Part shown: piece by piece, positions 40,593 to 54,818 of the stretch
Numbering within the stretch: position 1 is the stretch's first letter
Layout of the letters: each line of letters begins with the position of its first letter
Assembly (NCBI GenBank): GCA_951406725.2
Contig: OX597817.1
Coordinates: 148,118,001 to 148,182,000 of the forward strand
Direction: 5' to 3'
Source: Octopus vulgaris
Lineage: Eukaryota
Length of the DNA: 64,000 bases
Notes under the pieces: generated by a model
Database searches by the model: none
What the model was told of the DNA's origin: nothing
The model's input: the letters and a program-made list of their open reading frames with translations, nothing else
Position numbers and translations under genes: made by a program

Positions 40593-40711
40593 AATTTCAA
40601 CGGATGTCGCCCAAATTTGACGTCGGTCTTACTTAGTTTGTTTGAAACAAAGAACTTGATTACCGTAATAATTCTAACTTAATCCCCGGCAAAGCCGCGT
40701 TGTACTGCTAG
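40087..40711 (+). mobile_element. Non-autonomous Helitron
   Basis: Starts TC after A; ends with CGGC-AAA-GCCG hairpin then CTAG before T. Confidence 0.75.
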
Positions 40712-41022
40712 TATGTAATAAAACGATAACAAACAAAGGCATATACAGTAAAATATGACATATACAGTAGAAATATGATTCAAATTTAGCTTCGAGCATG
40801 AGAGATAAAAATATTTTCTTTAATAGAAAATGCTAAATTTTAACACATTTCAAAATTTTGGACGATAATTACTTAGTCAATGGTATAAAAAAGCAACTTT
40901 GCAATATTATATATTACTTTTTTTATACCGTTTCATGTTGATTACAAAATGTCACTCCCTTTGTATACAGAGCGAAGTTTTTCAGTAGATACAGGCAAAT
41001 ATTTCCATACAAACGATAAACA

Positions 41023-41310
41023 TCGCCCTTTTCTAGCCTAGCCAGGCTCATGGGCCCGGTTTCCCGGTTTCTGTGGCATATGTGTTCCCCTTAGCTGAAC
41101 GGGACGCCAGTCCATGGCAGCGTTACTCAAGAAACAGGAAGAGAGAGTGAGAGAAAATTGTGGCGAAAGAGTACAACAGGGGTCGCCACCACCCCCTGCC
41201 AGAGCTTTGTGAAGCTTTTAGGTGTTTTCGCTCGATAACCACACACAACGCCTGGTCTGAGAATCGAAACCGCGAGTCAGCTGCCCTAACCAGTGGGCCT
41301 TTGCACCTTC
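41023..41310 (-). mobile_element. SINE with family C head/body and family D-like tail
   Basis: 5' part matches 56672-57060; 3' part GGACTGGCGTCCCG...AACCGGGAAACCGGGCCC resembles 23951-24214. Confidence 0.7.
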
Positions 41311-41479
41311 AAATATTTACATATTTGTACTTATAAAATCGTTAACGTAACATATAAGGACATATTATTTTTAGAAAGCCAATGAGTTTATTAAGGTAAA
41401 ATTCATCATTATCATTCTACAAAGAGTGAATACAGAAAAAATGGATCAAACAAAACAAAGGTAGACCAACAAATTTAGA

Positions 41480-43040
41480 AACATTGTGATTTTGACTTCC
41501 TGTGGTGTTTATGATCTGGTTGATCACGGTTAAGTGTTCAGCAGTAGCCAGCCAGCATACTGTCATTCCAGAAGCCTTGTTATCTTTTTACTATAGCACT
41601 AATGTCCTGGTGAAATCTTTCACTATGTTCATCAGACACTGCTCCAAGGTTATCTGCGAAGAAATCCAGATGGGATTCCAAGAAGTGAACTTTCAATGAC
41701 ATGTGACAACCAATTGCTGAGTAACATATCAGGATATACTTGATGCTATGCTTGTAGGCCATTGCTTTCTTGTTGCACAAGAAATTCTCACAGATCCAAT
41801 TGAAAGCATTCCAGGCAGGCAGTTCCAGTTCATCCAGTGTTGTCTTGAAGTCGACATCTTTGAGTACTTCGCTAATATGGGGTCCGACAAAGATACCCTA
41901 TTTCAGCTTCGCCTCTGAGATTTTGGGAAGCTTTTTCTAAAGTATATTCAACCCCTCTGGCATTTCTCTTCTCTAGTGTCTTTACAAACTGTTTCATCAA
42001 TCCAGGATTTAGGTGCAAAGGGGACAATAGGATAATATAGGACAGTCCTAGCTGGTATGATATTCTGGATTCCGGTTCGATTCCCAATAATGTCTAGCAG
42101 TTGTCCGACTATTCCATAGACACAAGAAACATCAGTATTTTGTGAAACCAGACTGCATTCCCATTAAAATTGCAATGACTTTTAAATCTCCACATATTTT
42201 TAATGAGTATCTTACATATACCATGGCATGAAGTAAAAGTTCTATGTTCTCATATGATTCATGAAGATGAAAGGAGTTTGCAATAGGTATGGAGGGCTTC
42301 AAATTACCATTAATGAAAATATAGCTTTTAAACTTCGTGTTGAAGAATCAATAAACAAACGCCACTCTACAGAATCATCATTTTGGGATAAAAATTCTAA
42401 AACTCCATCGATGTTGCTGCAGAATCAAAGCGGGCCTTCAACAGAAAAACACGTTTGTAGGACCACATTTCTCAGCCGAAAATAAGTCATACGAACACTG
42501 TGCTCTAGCAGATATTTCTCCATCAGTCTTGATGCCAACAGTTCTGCTTTTTCTTTTGAGAGGGATAGGTGTCTAACAAGGTCGTTCAGTTCAGCTTTGG
42601 AAAATCTTTGAAGTTCAAAGTTATCGTCATCTGCCACGTATTCTTCCTCAGCTGCACTATAGTGACAATCAGCATCATTATTGGATGTTTCATAACCATC
42701 ATCTTATCGAACAGGTATTAGCAGACTTCCATTGTGAAAGACAGGTTTCATTGCAGAATCCAAATTGGGACATTTCAGCTCCCTCCATATCATTGGAATT
42801 GCAAAAGGCATGGACTTCTTCTCATTGAACCAGTCACGTAAGCCATTTCAGTAAGTTGAGCAGATAAAATGAGGTGCCCATAACTTGTCCTGAACTCCAA
42901 GAGGACAGTCAAAGAATAGTTTATAAATCTCCTTGGTCTCTGGTGTTTTTGTACGTCTTTGAGCTTTCACAATAATTTGAACACAGACATAACAAAACAC
43001 ACCAGGAAGATTTCTACACTGTCTTGACATAGCTAAAACA
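41480..43040 (-). pseudogene. DDE transposase relic, Chapaev3-like (CMC superfamily)
   Basis: FCYVC...QDKLWAPH, ELNDLVRHLSLSKEKAELLASRL, EWRLFIDSS, PLHLNPGLMKQFVK, MSLKVHFL...AVSDEHSERFHQDI; family name from memory. Confidence 0.75.
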
Positions 43041-43240
43041 CTGTAAAACAATTAAGGAAATAGTTAAAAATGAATTATATTGAATTTGAGATGATGAAAT
43101 ATGTCATCAGACCTATTATGACTGGACAATTTGAGATGTTGAAATAACATTAAACAGAAGATTAGTCAGTATTTTTTGTCGAATATATATTTATGACATT
43201 TTAAAAACAAACCGGGATGGTAGAGATTTTGAAGTTTTGA

Positions 43241-43498
43241 CCCCCTCCGCCACCGCGGCCTTTGTCACAGAGAGATAAAATGAAGAGAATGTCAGAGAAT
43301 GAGGTTAACGACTTTCACAGAAATGGTACTGAAATCATCAGCGATTTAGTCCCAGAAATACTTTCACGATTCAAATAGTAATCGTGAGTACGGGAATATG
43401 AAATGCTCTGGCATATTTCTGTGGCATTAAGTAAACAGAATTACGAAGTTTGTGACAAAATCATATTTGTCAATATTTTGCATCACGCAGTGGGGCTG
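43241..43498. mobile_element. Possible old piggyBac-type MITE
   Basis: TTGA/TTAA flanks with CCACCGCG/CGCAGTGG and TTTGTCACA/TGTGACAAA inverted matches. Confidence 0.3.
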
Positions 43499-43631
43499 TT
43501 AATTCCTACAGAATAATGTATTAGCTTCCAAACAGTACGGTTCCAAAAGCCAATACCAGTTAAAGCTACAACGTATCTTACTTGCATGTCAACACACATC
43601 ACTATATAACACTTTATTAAACAATACACAT

Positions 43632-44048
43632 AGGCGTAGGAGTGGCTGTGTATTAAGTAGCTTGCTTACGAACCATATAGCTCCGGGTTCAATCCCACTG
43701 CGTGGCACCTCTTCTACCTTAGCCTCAGGCCGACCAAAGCCTTGTGAGTGGATTTGGTAGACGGATATTGAGAGAAGCCGTCATATATATATAGGTATAT
43801 ATATATATATATATATATGTACGTGTGTGTGTATGTTTGTGTGTCTGTATTTGTCCCCCTCCCCCAGTATCGCTTGACAACCGATGCTGGTGTGTTTACG
43901 TCACATTAATTTAGCGGTTCCGCAAAAGAGACCGATAGAATGAGTACTAGGCTTAGAAAGAATAAGTCCTGCGGTCGATTTGCTCGACTAAAGGCAGTGC
44001 TCCAGCATGGCCGCAGTCATATGACTGAAACAATTAAAAGAGTAAAAG
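43632..44048 (+). mobile_element. SINE family A
   Basis: Head GGCGTAGGAGTGGCTGTG...GGTTCAATCCC; shared body. Confidence 0.85.
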
Positions 44049-44090
44049 TGTATTTGAACAAAACAGTAATATATATGTTAGAACAGTTTT

Positions 44091-44171
<81 letters not shown>

Positions 44172-44495
44172 GTTTGAACGGTATCGCGAAAGTCCTGGCT
44201 GGAGGTCCAAACGTCTCAGTTATTTCACGGGTCTTCCAAATACTTAAGGGCCGTTGCAATAATTGTCTGAATCTGGGAGGGTAATCTGTTGAATAAAACC
44301 ATAGTTAAATGGTCCTAAAATATATTCTTTTACCAAAAGACAGGAACGTGTCAGTACTCCTCATATATAAACATATATATATATTTATACATATACGCAT
44401 AAACATACATACATAACTACACGGACACATAGAAACGCACACACACTCACACACACATACACACACACTCACCCACGAAGTTTCCTCCTCGTGCA

Positions 44496-44544
<49 letters not shown>

Positions 44545-45035
44545 GTAAAATAATATATACATAGATAAACGTATGGACGCACGCACACACGCACGCATTT
44601 ATACTTATATTCATATATACCATTATTTAATTATGTATGCGTAAGAATGTATGAATTAATCGATGAAAATGATGGTATTTACTGAAATTATACATAGTTT
44701 ACCATAAGTTTTGTCAGCTACATCCGAATGAATACACATTTTAAAATATTAGCATGGAACCATTTTAGTATTTTGTGAGACAATTTTGACGTACAAGTTA
44801 CTGAATACTGAGTTGATTGTGAAGCGTTCAGAGGAAATAACGGCAAAAGAGTGTTGAGAAAACAAAATATTTAATTTCCCGATGGGAAATAGAAAGTTCT
44901 TATTTGAAACGCTGTTGCTGAACGAATTTTGACAAGAAAATATAAAATGGGTCACGAGAAATGTGTATATATATATATACATATATACATACACATCTAT
45001 ATTGCACGTACATACCTACATACATACATACACAC

Positions 45036-45066
<31 letters not shown>

Positions 45067-45164
45067 TGGATGGATGAATGGATGGATGGATATATATATA
45101 TATACATACACACGCACACACACATATATATATACAGCTGTGTGTATACATATACATATGCATA

Positions 45165-45832
45165 TACAGTGCACGATGGTTAAATTGTCGGCATTTTGTT
45201 ATTTTGAATGCCACGCATACACATAGTTCGTTTTTGGTTTTCCCGACTACATAGTATTGTAGGGTCGGTTGGGCAACGTCTGTTAGAAAAACACCACAGT
45301 GACCCAAATCAATCTGCTAGAAATTCGGTGGCCTACATCAATTGCTTCGAAGCGGTAGTGTTGCCCTTGGTCAAGAGGGTGGTTGCTGGAAGAGGGTGGT
45401 TGTCTGGCAACAGTACTCTGCACCATGTCTTACAATCAAGAGAACACAGTTATGATTCTCATACAATCTCTGCGACTACATCACCCTTAACATCTGGCCA
45501 CCTAACTCTCCAGCCTGCAACCCTTTTTATTATTATTATATGTGGGGCATAGATGAGCTAGAGACCAATAAAACTGGTTGTAACACCAAAGAACTGAAGG
45601 CAAGGATTATGGCAGCATTCACCAACTTTAACAAGGAGACCGTCCAGAAGAGTTGCAGGAGATTCAGAAGTCATCCGGAGGCCGTGGGTAAAGCCAATGG
45701 AGATTTTATTGAATAAATTTATGGTTTTCAAGATGTTATGTAATTTTGTGAAATATACCTGTTAAAATGAGATGTCAGTACTGTTTTCATATTTGCCTAT
45801 TTCATGCGATAGTTTATTTACCGCACCCTGTA
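45165..45832 (+). mobile_element. Internally deleted Tc1/mariner element
   Basis: WPPNSPACNP...MWG motif; TA-CAG...CCCTG-TA ends. Confidence 0.75.
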
Positions 45833-46043
45833 AATATACATATGCACTGTATATCTCAACTAGTAACGCTGTATAGATACGCCTAAACACTATACTGGAA
45901 GCTGACTAGATGATCATGCTCTGCCCGTAGCGCGAACTCATACCGTTGTTGTACCGTTGGTACTGTTCAGAAATTATACATATGCACACATACAAACACA
46001 CGCATATATATTTGTGTGTCAGGGTATGTGTATATATATATAT

Positions 46044-46535
46044 AAGGATAAGATCGTTAATTTAAAATGAAATAACGATTATATCAAGTGGCCAGCATGG
46101 AAAAAATAACATTCAAAAGTAATAATTATTAAAATTATAAATTAGGGTATCTACGAGATACCACCATGCTGAAAATAGCAGCCATAATCTGACTCTAAAA
46201 CCACCTTAAGTATCCATATAGCAACACGGAGAGAAGACAAAGAGACAAGATGAAACTAGTAGAAAATTACTGGATAATTCCAGATCCCGGATTTCTGTCT
46301 TTGCATTTAGGAATGCTTTGCCTCATCAGTGGAATATACACAGAAGGAAACATAAATATATAAATGCAAAGTCAGAAATCCGGGATCTGAAATTATCCAG
46401 TAATTTTCTACTAGTTTCATCTTGTCTCTTTGTCTTCCCTCCGTGTTGCTATATGGACACTTAATGTGGTTTTAGAGTTAGATTATGGCTGCTATTTTCA
46501 GCATGGTGGCATCTCGTAGATACCCTAATTTATAA

Positions 46536-46543
<8 letters not shown>
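46044..46543 (-). mobile_element. ORF-free fold-back pLTR insert with (TA)n on both sides
   Basis: Arms 46127-46309 and 46361-46543 (about 183 bp, few mismatches), 51-nt spacer, about 83-nt tail on the left only. Confidence 0.85.
46277..46335 (-). ncRNA. Type I hammerhead ribozyme
   Basis: ATTCCA-CTGATGA-GGC-aaa-GCATT-ccta-AATGC-aaa-GACa-GAAA-TCCGGGA-TC-TGGAAT; perfect 6-bp helix I, AUC site. Confidence 0.8.
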
Positions 46544-46602
<59 letters not shown>

Positions 46603-46831
46603 TATCCATACAGTTGTGCATAGGGTAAATGTGTTTGAAAGTTGTGCTTTCTTTGGTATGTTTGCTCGCAAACAATACTTATTTTAGTGCTGTTGACACC
46701 GCTAGATTGAATGGTACTGCCCAGGTGTCGAAATCATAATGATATCCGTTGGGGAGCTGATGATGGAAGTATGTTGGATTGTTGGTATGGCTGTTTTTGT
46801 GTATGTGGAGTAGTATTATAACACATTGTTT

Positions 46832-46875
<44 letters not shown>

Positions 46876-47803
46876 TCACACCCGAAACCTCAAAAATGGG
46901 TTTATATGTAATTTATAGAGAGAATGGTAATCGGATCTTTATGAAGAACTAACAAGCAAGGCGAATATGTATTGGAAGAAGAAAAAAATGAAGCAAAAAA
47001 CAATGATAAATGGGAGAAGTAAAATAAGACCTATGACAGAATCCCAGAATGAAATCTTTAAACATGCAAGAGATTCTCTATCAATCAAGCTCTCCCCCAC
47101 TGTTAAATGTAAAAGAGATATAAAATATCGATCGTACTCTATATAATGTTAATTGTAATCTCAAGTTTAAGTGTGTCAGGGGCTTTTAATGCCCACCATT
47201 TCTTATCGCTTTACTCCACTATTTGAAAAACAAAAAGAACTTAAGAAAGAAAAACACTCGATCGTGCATATAGTTTATAAATCTTTTAGATGACCATGTA
47301 GTTTTATCCCAAGTTTCTGTACGTTGTCAAACCCCAAATTTAAGAGGTCGAAATGAACTTATCTTTATCTACTAGGACAGCCAAAGCTTAAAAACTGAAA
47401 ATCAGGATGAATTAATTAGAAATATCTACTGGCATAATAAGATTTATATATATATATCTATTTAAATTTCTTTCTCAGTGATTCACTCCCCATGAGGGAA
47501 GTTTCTCCTACTCTTCAATTTCTTATCAAATGTGTGTGTCTGTGTGTGCACGTGAATATGTGTTTTAAAAACCTCGCACCCGAAAATATTTTGAGATATA
47601 TACTTATATTAAATATATACACAGTGGTTCATGGCAATACATATGTAATGTCCGGAAATAATAATGATTTACCATCATGACATGAGGTAAGAAATATTGT
47701 AAACTTAGTACAAAATGTTGTATATACACCTACAGACATAAACAGATATACATACCTAGATACCTGTATTCATTAATATCTATGTTTATAAATATGTATA
47801 GAA

Positions 47804-47865
<62 letters not shown>

Positions 47866-48334
47866 ATTTGCAAGAATTTTACTTTCAGCAATAAACTTTT
47901 TTTTGGTCATTGTCTTGCAATGCAACGTGGAATTTAACTTAGTCCTACATGTTTCCAAATGTGCTAGGTGAACTCGTCTACATTTCAACCACAACAATTT
48001 ATCTGTGTGTGATTGTATGCATGTGTGTGTTTGGTTGTATATATGCGTGTGTGTGTCTGGTTGTATCTGTGTGTGGTTGCATGTATGTGTGTGTGATTGT
48101 ATGCGTATGTGTGTGTGCTTGCACCTGTGTGTATATGCTTGTAGATAAATTGCATCCGCAGATAAATTGCTGTAGATCATGTATTGTTGTAGATCATAGG
48201 TTCCTGGTGGGCGTTGAGACAGTCCAGGTGGGCGCTGGTGCCTATGGGGGCGGCAGGCGGTGGAGAAAGAAGGAAAGCGTTGGGTGGAAGGCAGTGTATT
48301 GGGGGACGCTATGAATTTATTATATTATTATAAT

Positions 48335-48584
48335 ACTTTTTTACTTGTTTCAGTCATTTGACTGTGGCCATGCTGGAGCACCGCCTTTAGTCGAGCAAAT
48401 CGACCCCAGGACTTATTCTTTGTAAGCCTAGTACTTATTGTATCGGTCTCTTTTGCCGAAGCACTATGTTACGGTGACGTAAACACGCCTGCATCTGCTG
48501 TCAGGCGATGTTAGGGGGAAAAACACAGACACACACAAACACACACACACACATACACACACACACACACCCAAACACACCCAA

Positions 48585-48670
<86 letters not shown>

Positions 48671-48762
48671 GACGGGCTTCTTTCAGTTTACGTCTACCAA
48701 ATCCATCACAAGGCTTTGGTCGGCTCGAGGCTATAGTAGAAGACACCTGCCCAAGGTGCCAC
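48335..48762 (-). mobile_element. SINE family A lacking the tRNA head
   Basis: Aligns by eye with other family A copies. Confidence 0.85.
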
Positions 48763-49603
48763 ACAAATTGTATAATATCATTAAATATCAAACGATTCAT
48801 ACTATTTAGTAAAATAAAAAAATATTTATCCATAAAAATAGGGATGGGGGCGCTGTGGGTATTATGTGGTCATGCCCCCAAAAGTTTTAAAAACTCTGTT
48901 GTAGATGAAGTGTTGCAATCAAATTCGCCGGATACTGTATGCAAATGTAGTTAAACAGCATTAACTTGAGTAATAAATATAGGAACTTCTCAAACGATTA
49001 TATATAAGCATAATTTCTTCTAAAAGAATATTCCGCACCTGTTGTAGACAGTTATGGCCGTTATGACGTCATATGTGCTACTCATACATATATTCAACTC
49101 GTATACATATTCTCTTATGTATTGTAAAAGATTTACTGTGTATTACAACATCTGTTTCATCCTGTGTTATTTGGAACGGTAACTTCGAATTAAAACTTAA
49201 CAGAAATGCAAATATATTCCAAACATGAAATTGGATAAACAGTATGATAACTGTTTATATCATTCTACCTGTCTCCTTGTCTGTCGGTCATTTACATCCA
49301 CGTATCCGTCCACATAACTACCTACCTACTGTTGTGTGGAAGTAGAACACCCCTATTGGTTGGCTCCTAATGGAATGTACCACAATATAGATGGACGTAC
49401 GCAGAGAGTCATTGGAACAGAGTAAAGCCAAGAGTTGCATATTGTCGAGGGCTGTTACCAGTAAATTGAGTAGAACGATTTGCAAGGACATTATTATTAT
49501 CCCGTTATCGAACGTGCGATACAACACCTACCTACCTGCCTACCTGCCTGCCTACCCTACCTACCTACCTACCTACCTACCTACCTACCTACCCACCTAC
49601 CTA

Positions 49604-49835
49604 CCTATTTCTTTACTACCCACAATGGGCTAAACACAGAGGGGACAAACAAGGGCAGACAAACGGATTAAGTCGATTACATCGACCCCAGTGCGTAACT
49701 GGTACATAATTTATCGACCCCGAAATGATGAAAGGTAAAGTCGACCTCGGCGGAATTTGAACTCAGAATGTAACGGCAGACGAAATACCGCTAAGCATTT
49801 CGCCTGGCGTGCTAACCATTCTGCCAGTTCGCCTG
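49604..49835 (-). mobile_element. SINE family B, one-module form, inside (CCTA)n
   Basis: Matches 4582-4800; flanked by CCTA repeats. Confidence 0.85.
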
Positions 49836-49959
49836 CCTACCTGCCCACCTACCTACCTACCTACCTACCTACCTACCTACCTACCTACCTACCTACATAA
49901 CTACCTACCTATCTACCTACCTACCTACATATATATGTAGATAGATAGGTCACGACAGA

Positions 49960-51417
49960 AACCAGTTATACTGAATTACCATACCTAGACATTCACATAA
50001 AAATACACGACTCCACAGTCACAACACATATTTTATAAAAAACAGACAACAATACTTGAACTTCTATTTTTTCCCTCCATCACACATCAAAAGGAGCATT
50101 CTATACAATATGGCGAGACGTATTTGTAATATAATTATTGATCCAGAAATACATCAAATCCGATTTAATGAATTCAAAAGCTTCCTAAAAATACAGAACC
50201 ACCCCTTAAAATTAATAAATGATGTAATTATAAAGATGATGAAGCTGAACATCCCACAACTAAAGACGCTAAAGAACAAGTATGAAAAAACATACTAATA
50301 CAGGGTGGGGCAAAATGATCTGACACATTTGAAGGATTAATAGAAGCGAGAAAGAATAAATAATATAAAAAGTGTTTGCGTTTTCCAAATGTACATATAA
50401 TACCATTTTGTTTCATTTTGTTTTAAGGATAGGCGAGCATTTTGAGGAAGATGTACCCCAGTCATTTGATCTCGTTATGCGGTGATATCGTTTGGCCCGC
50501 CCGATCACCTGATTTGAACTCGTGCGATTTTTTTAGGGCATATTTGAAATCAAAATTATACGCTCGTTGCTCTCAATCCATTGAATAATTAAAAGATGCC
50601 ATTCGTCAAGACATTGTTGCCACTGCACATGAAATGACACGTCGAGTAATGGACAACTTTCGGGAACGTCTTCGACAAAATGTGGACAATAACAGCAAAT
50701 ATTTTACCAATATAATTTTAAAAATAAAATGAAATAAAATGGCATTATAAGTAGGTTTGGGAAATAAAAACATTTTAAAAATTATTTTCTCTATTTTGCT
50801 TTTATTGAACCTACAAATGTGTCATGTCATTTTGCCCCACCCTGTATATATCAATACACACAATCCCGAAGTAACCAACAATTTTCACACTATAACAACA
50901 AACCTACCGATACTCCTACTAGGCCGCAACATGAAAAATCTGGTTGATGAAAGCCTCTAACGAAACAGTGAATGCCAGCCAAAAAGTCTTAAAGATCACC
51001 TCTCAAGGGCAAAATTCACATCAGAGAGTGAATCAGAATCCGAAAAGGAATGGGAAGATAGCAGATGTGGAACATGCCAGAGCAACAGTTTCAAATATTT
51101 AGAGAGTGGTTTTCACATAAAATTTAACAGTGGATTCTCGTTCAAAGTAAATGCAGATATGAACTGCAAGACACAGAATCTCAAATACTGCATTGCTTGC
51201 CCCAGGAATAAATAACTGGCGACGTGCAAGAACCCACAGACAACACACCCAACAAGAGGAACTACTTAAGATTCCACTAAGTAAATATGTAGAAATATGT
51301 GTAGTAGGAAAATTCAAGATCTTCCCCTTCTACAAATGTTGAAGGGATGAACCAAAGTTCTGAAAGTCAATGGAGCTACATTTTATCAGAACGTTCTTGC
51401 CAAAACTAAACGTTTAA
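49960..51417 (+). mobile_element. Degenerate Penelope-like element (RT thumb plus GIY-YIG) interrupted by a Tc1-type element
   Basis: ELPYLDI, HIKRSILYNMARRIC, YINTHNP, RCGTC, FIRTFLPKLN. Confidence 0.75.
50301..50844 (+). mobile_element. Non-autonomous Tc1/mariner element
   Basis: TIRs CAGGGTGGGGCAAAATGA / TCATTTTGCCCCACCCTG, TA TSD, WPARSPDLNSCDF motif. Confidence 0.9.
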
Positions 51418-52919
51418 AAGAAAAGCAAAGACAAAATGCATGAACACTCCACTCTTTCAAACGGAACAAATTATGAGCATTACATAGTTATCTCACACAG
51501 GTACTGTACCTAGCTAACCTTCCCGGAAAATATGACTGGACAGAAATATTCTGAGCGCTTGAATACTCAAGTTTGGCCATTTCCAAACATGATTTTGTAT
51601 AAAATCATTCAACATTGGGGCGAATGTATGTTTTCTTTGGACTTTGAACTTATTAGATTTATTTCATATTTTATAATTATAACTGTACTTCAGAATCACT
51701 CTTTCAGTCCTCAACTTACCCTAAAATGTAATGTGTATATTTACAAACATGTTGATATGTTTATAATTAGAGAGAAAAAAGGGAGAGAGAAAGGCATGCT
51801 CTCAAAAGCAAAGACAGGATCAAGAAAGACATCCTGAATTATAATCAAACTTGGGCAGGCTGACCACATTGAAAAGAAGCCCCTTTCTCAAGTTCCTTCT
51901 CTTTCATTTTTCCGTTGTCTTTTTTTCTTTTTTCTTTTTTCTTTCTCGTCCTTCTTCTTGTCTTTCTCTCTTTCTTCTAATAACAAACTTTAAAAATGTC
52001 ATTTAGCTTCAACCATCTGTTAATCAGAGACCATCCCTAGATACATTCTTCTTTCTTCTTCTGCTTTCTTTTCTCTATTCTATCTGTCTTCCTCTCTCTA
52101 CCCCTCTCCTCCCTCCCTTCCTCTTTTATTTTTCTCTTTTTCTAAACAAAACAAAACAGCATCCTCTTTTCGATTTGTATAAAGGAAAGAAATTTTCTGT
52201 AAAACTAGGCAATCGGATGTTGTTACACACCGTTGCTCATAATGCACACTTCTTTTAATTCTTTTTTTTCGGTTACACACTTCTTTTCCATCTTGGCTCA
52301 AATCGTGGGGCAAGATTGCTATCTCATTCTCGTGGAATGCCTTTGAGTGTTCTTTTCAAGTTGCACATGTTCAGAATTGATGAACCTGGATGTATGCTGT
52401 ATTCACCTTGACTCTGACTGCAGTAGAACATTCACTTGATTTTCTGCAGAGAGTACGACTTATATTGGCACCAGTCGATATACTGTTATGTGCTATGTCT
52501 TTAGGCGTAGAATTTGGTTTACACTCCTTGACGTCTGCGTATAAAAATCATATGACTGCATGAATGTTATTTGCGCCAATAATCAAGATTATGTTAAATC
52601 AGTGATGTGTTGTATGAGATTATGAATAAAAATCGTGCATTGTGCTTGCGCATTAGATCACGCGAAATTTTGAAGATAATTGCATCAAAAATCCAATCTG
52701 TATTTATCGAATGAATGTATCATGGGATAATATGACTAACGAATGTCAGGTGAGGTAAAAACCTTAAGAAAATTCCAGCTGCTCTAATGCTGAAATTTAT
52801 CAACGATGTCACAAGAGAGCACATAGAACCTTATGATATCAACGACCGAGTATGAATATACACAACTATAGTAACATTTGAAGAATACCAAAGAAAAATC
52901 TACAACATATAAAGGTGAA

Positions 52920-53565
52920 GGAGCGAGGGGTGCTAAGAAGCTTGCTTCTTAACCACATGGTTCCGGGTTCAGTCCCATTGAGTGGCACCTTGGGCAAGTA
53001 TCTTCGATTATAGCCTAAACCTTGTGAGTGGATTTGGTAGACAGAAACTGAAATAAGACCGCGTGCTGGCAGAAACGTTAGCACGCCGGGCGAAATGTAG
53101 CGGTATTTCGTCTGCCGTTACGTCTGAGTTCAAATTTCGCAGAGGTCGACTTTGCCTCTCATCATTTCGGGATCGATAAATTAAGTACCAGCTACGCACT
53201 GGGGTTGATCTAATCGACTTAATCCGTTTGTCTGTCCTTGGTTGTCTCCTCTATGTGTAGCCCCTTGTGAGCAATAAAGAAATAAGAAACAGAAAGAAGG
53301 CCATCCTATATATATGTGTGTATATGTGTGTGTGTGTGTGCGTGTGTGTAAATGTGTGTATGTATACGTGTGTGTTAGTCCCCCACCATCGCTTGACAAC
53401 CGATGTTGGTGTGTTTACATACCCGTAACTTAACGGTTCGGCAAAGGGACCGATAGAATAAGTACTAGGCTCACAAAGAATAAGTCTTGGTGTCGATTTG
53501 TTCGACTAAAGGCGGTGCTCCAGCATGGCCACAGCCAAATGATTGAAACAAGTGGAAGAGTAGAA
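52920..53565 (+). mobile_element. SINE family A with a nested family B copy (53058-53284)
   Basis: Nested copy flanked by a 15-bp TSD-like repeat AGAAACTGAAATAAG / AGAAACAGAAAGAAG. Confidence 0.85.
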
Positions 53566-54818
53566 GAATAGACCAGTAGTAATGAAATTACTAAACGTAA
53601 ACAAAGCAGATGGAATACAAAGCTTTAAGGAAATATCAAACGGCCTGCAAGATTTTGAATGGTTTCGATTGATAAACACGATAATAAGATGTGAGGGGAA
53701 TAACAAGTTCACACTTCTCCAATTTCCTCTTATGCAAACAAAAATTTAACAAAATTAACTCTTCTCACTAGAACGCGAACTCGGGACGTTGAGAAATAGT
53801 CTCTGCTACCATAGAAGAAACTTTGAATGAGCCAGTATAAATTACGACTTTGCTTCCAAGCCACAAGCATTATACAGCGAGACGAAGGGGGAAACATTAC
53901 TGATAAGAAAACACCCTCTCAAGTTTTTGCATCATTCTGGTGTAAAATCTGGAATGAAAAGCAGGATTTCAGCTTAATGCATCGTGGCTAAATGCAGTTA
54001 GGGGCCAATGCTGTATCTCTATCGACAGTAAAATATACACAGTTGATCTGGAATATTTTAGCATAGCTACAGGTAAACTATATAATGAGAGAACGCCGGG
54101 AAGAAACGTAATAGTTGTATATTTGTAGAAAAGTCTATTTTACAGAAATCTTATACTATGTAAATTTAAAAGGATTATAGAAAGTCAGATTGGCTTATCG
54201 ACATGGATTGTTATAGCATAGATGAATATAGTGGCCAAGAATGAAACCACCAAGTTGGCAGAAAACTGCATGCCAAAATAAAATGTATAATCTGTACACA
54301 TTGTACATCAACCATTTCCTCCAGGATCATTTCAATTCCAACAAAGCATTAGACAGATTTTCGAACAATGTGTTAGACAGATGAACCTGGATGTATGTTG
54401 TATTCACCTTGACTCTGACTGCAGTAGAACATTTACTTGATTTTATGCACAGGCAGGTGGGAAGAAGGGTGTGTGGGGTGTGTGCTGAATAACTTCTGAG
54501 AAACAGAGCATTAATGTCTGAAGTCAGATAACACTGTAGAATCCTTGCGACAGTGTGGCTTGATTTCCCAACTCAAGGTTGCTGAAATGTTTATATTCGG
54601 GACACGTATCTCATTCCTTTGTTGCTGTTATGTAGAGGCTCATAAAACCCGAGCAACAATCTATCCACACTTCCAACTGAGATCGAAACGATCCTCTCCA
54701 ATGTTATTGGTATTTCAGAGGAATATTTACCAGACGATATATTTTCTGTAATTCTGTTCATTTTGTCATTAAATCCATTATCATTCCTACTATAAAAAAC
54801 AAATGGTTATATGATCGA

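Noticed and set aside
47000-47530. Possible further Penelope 3' end with GACC...GGTC-GAAA
   Set aside because: Only fragmentary similarity by eye; needs a profile search
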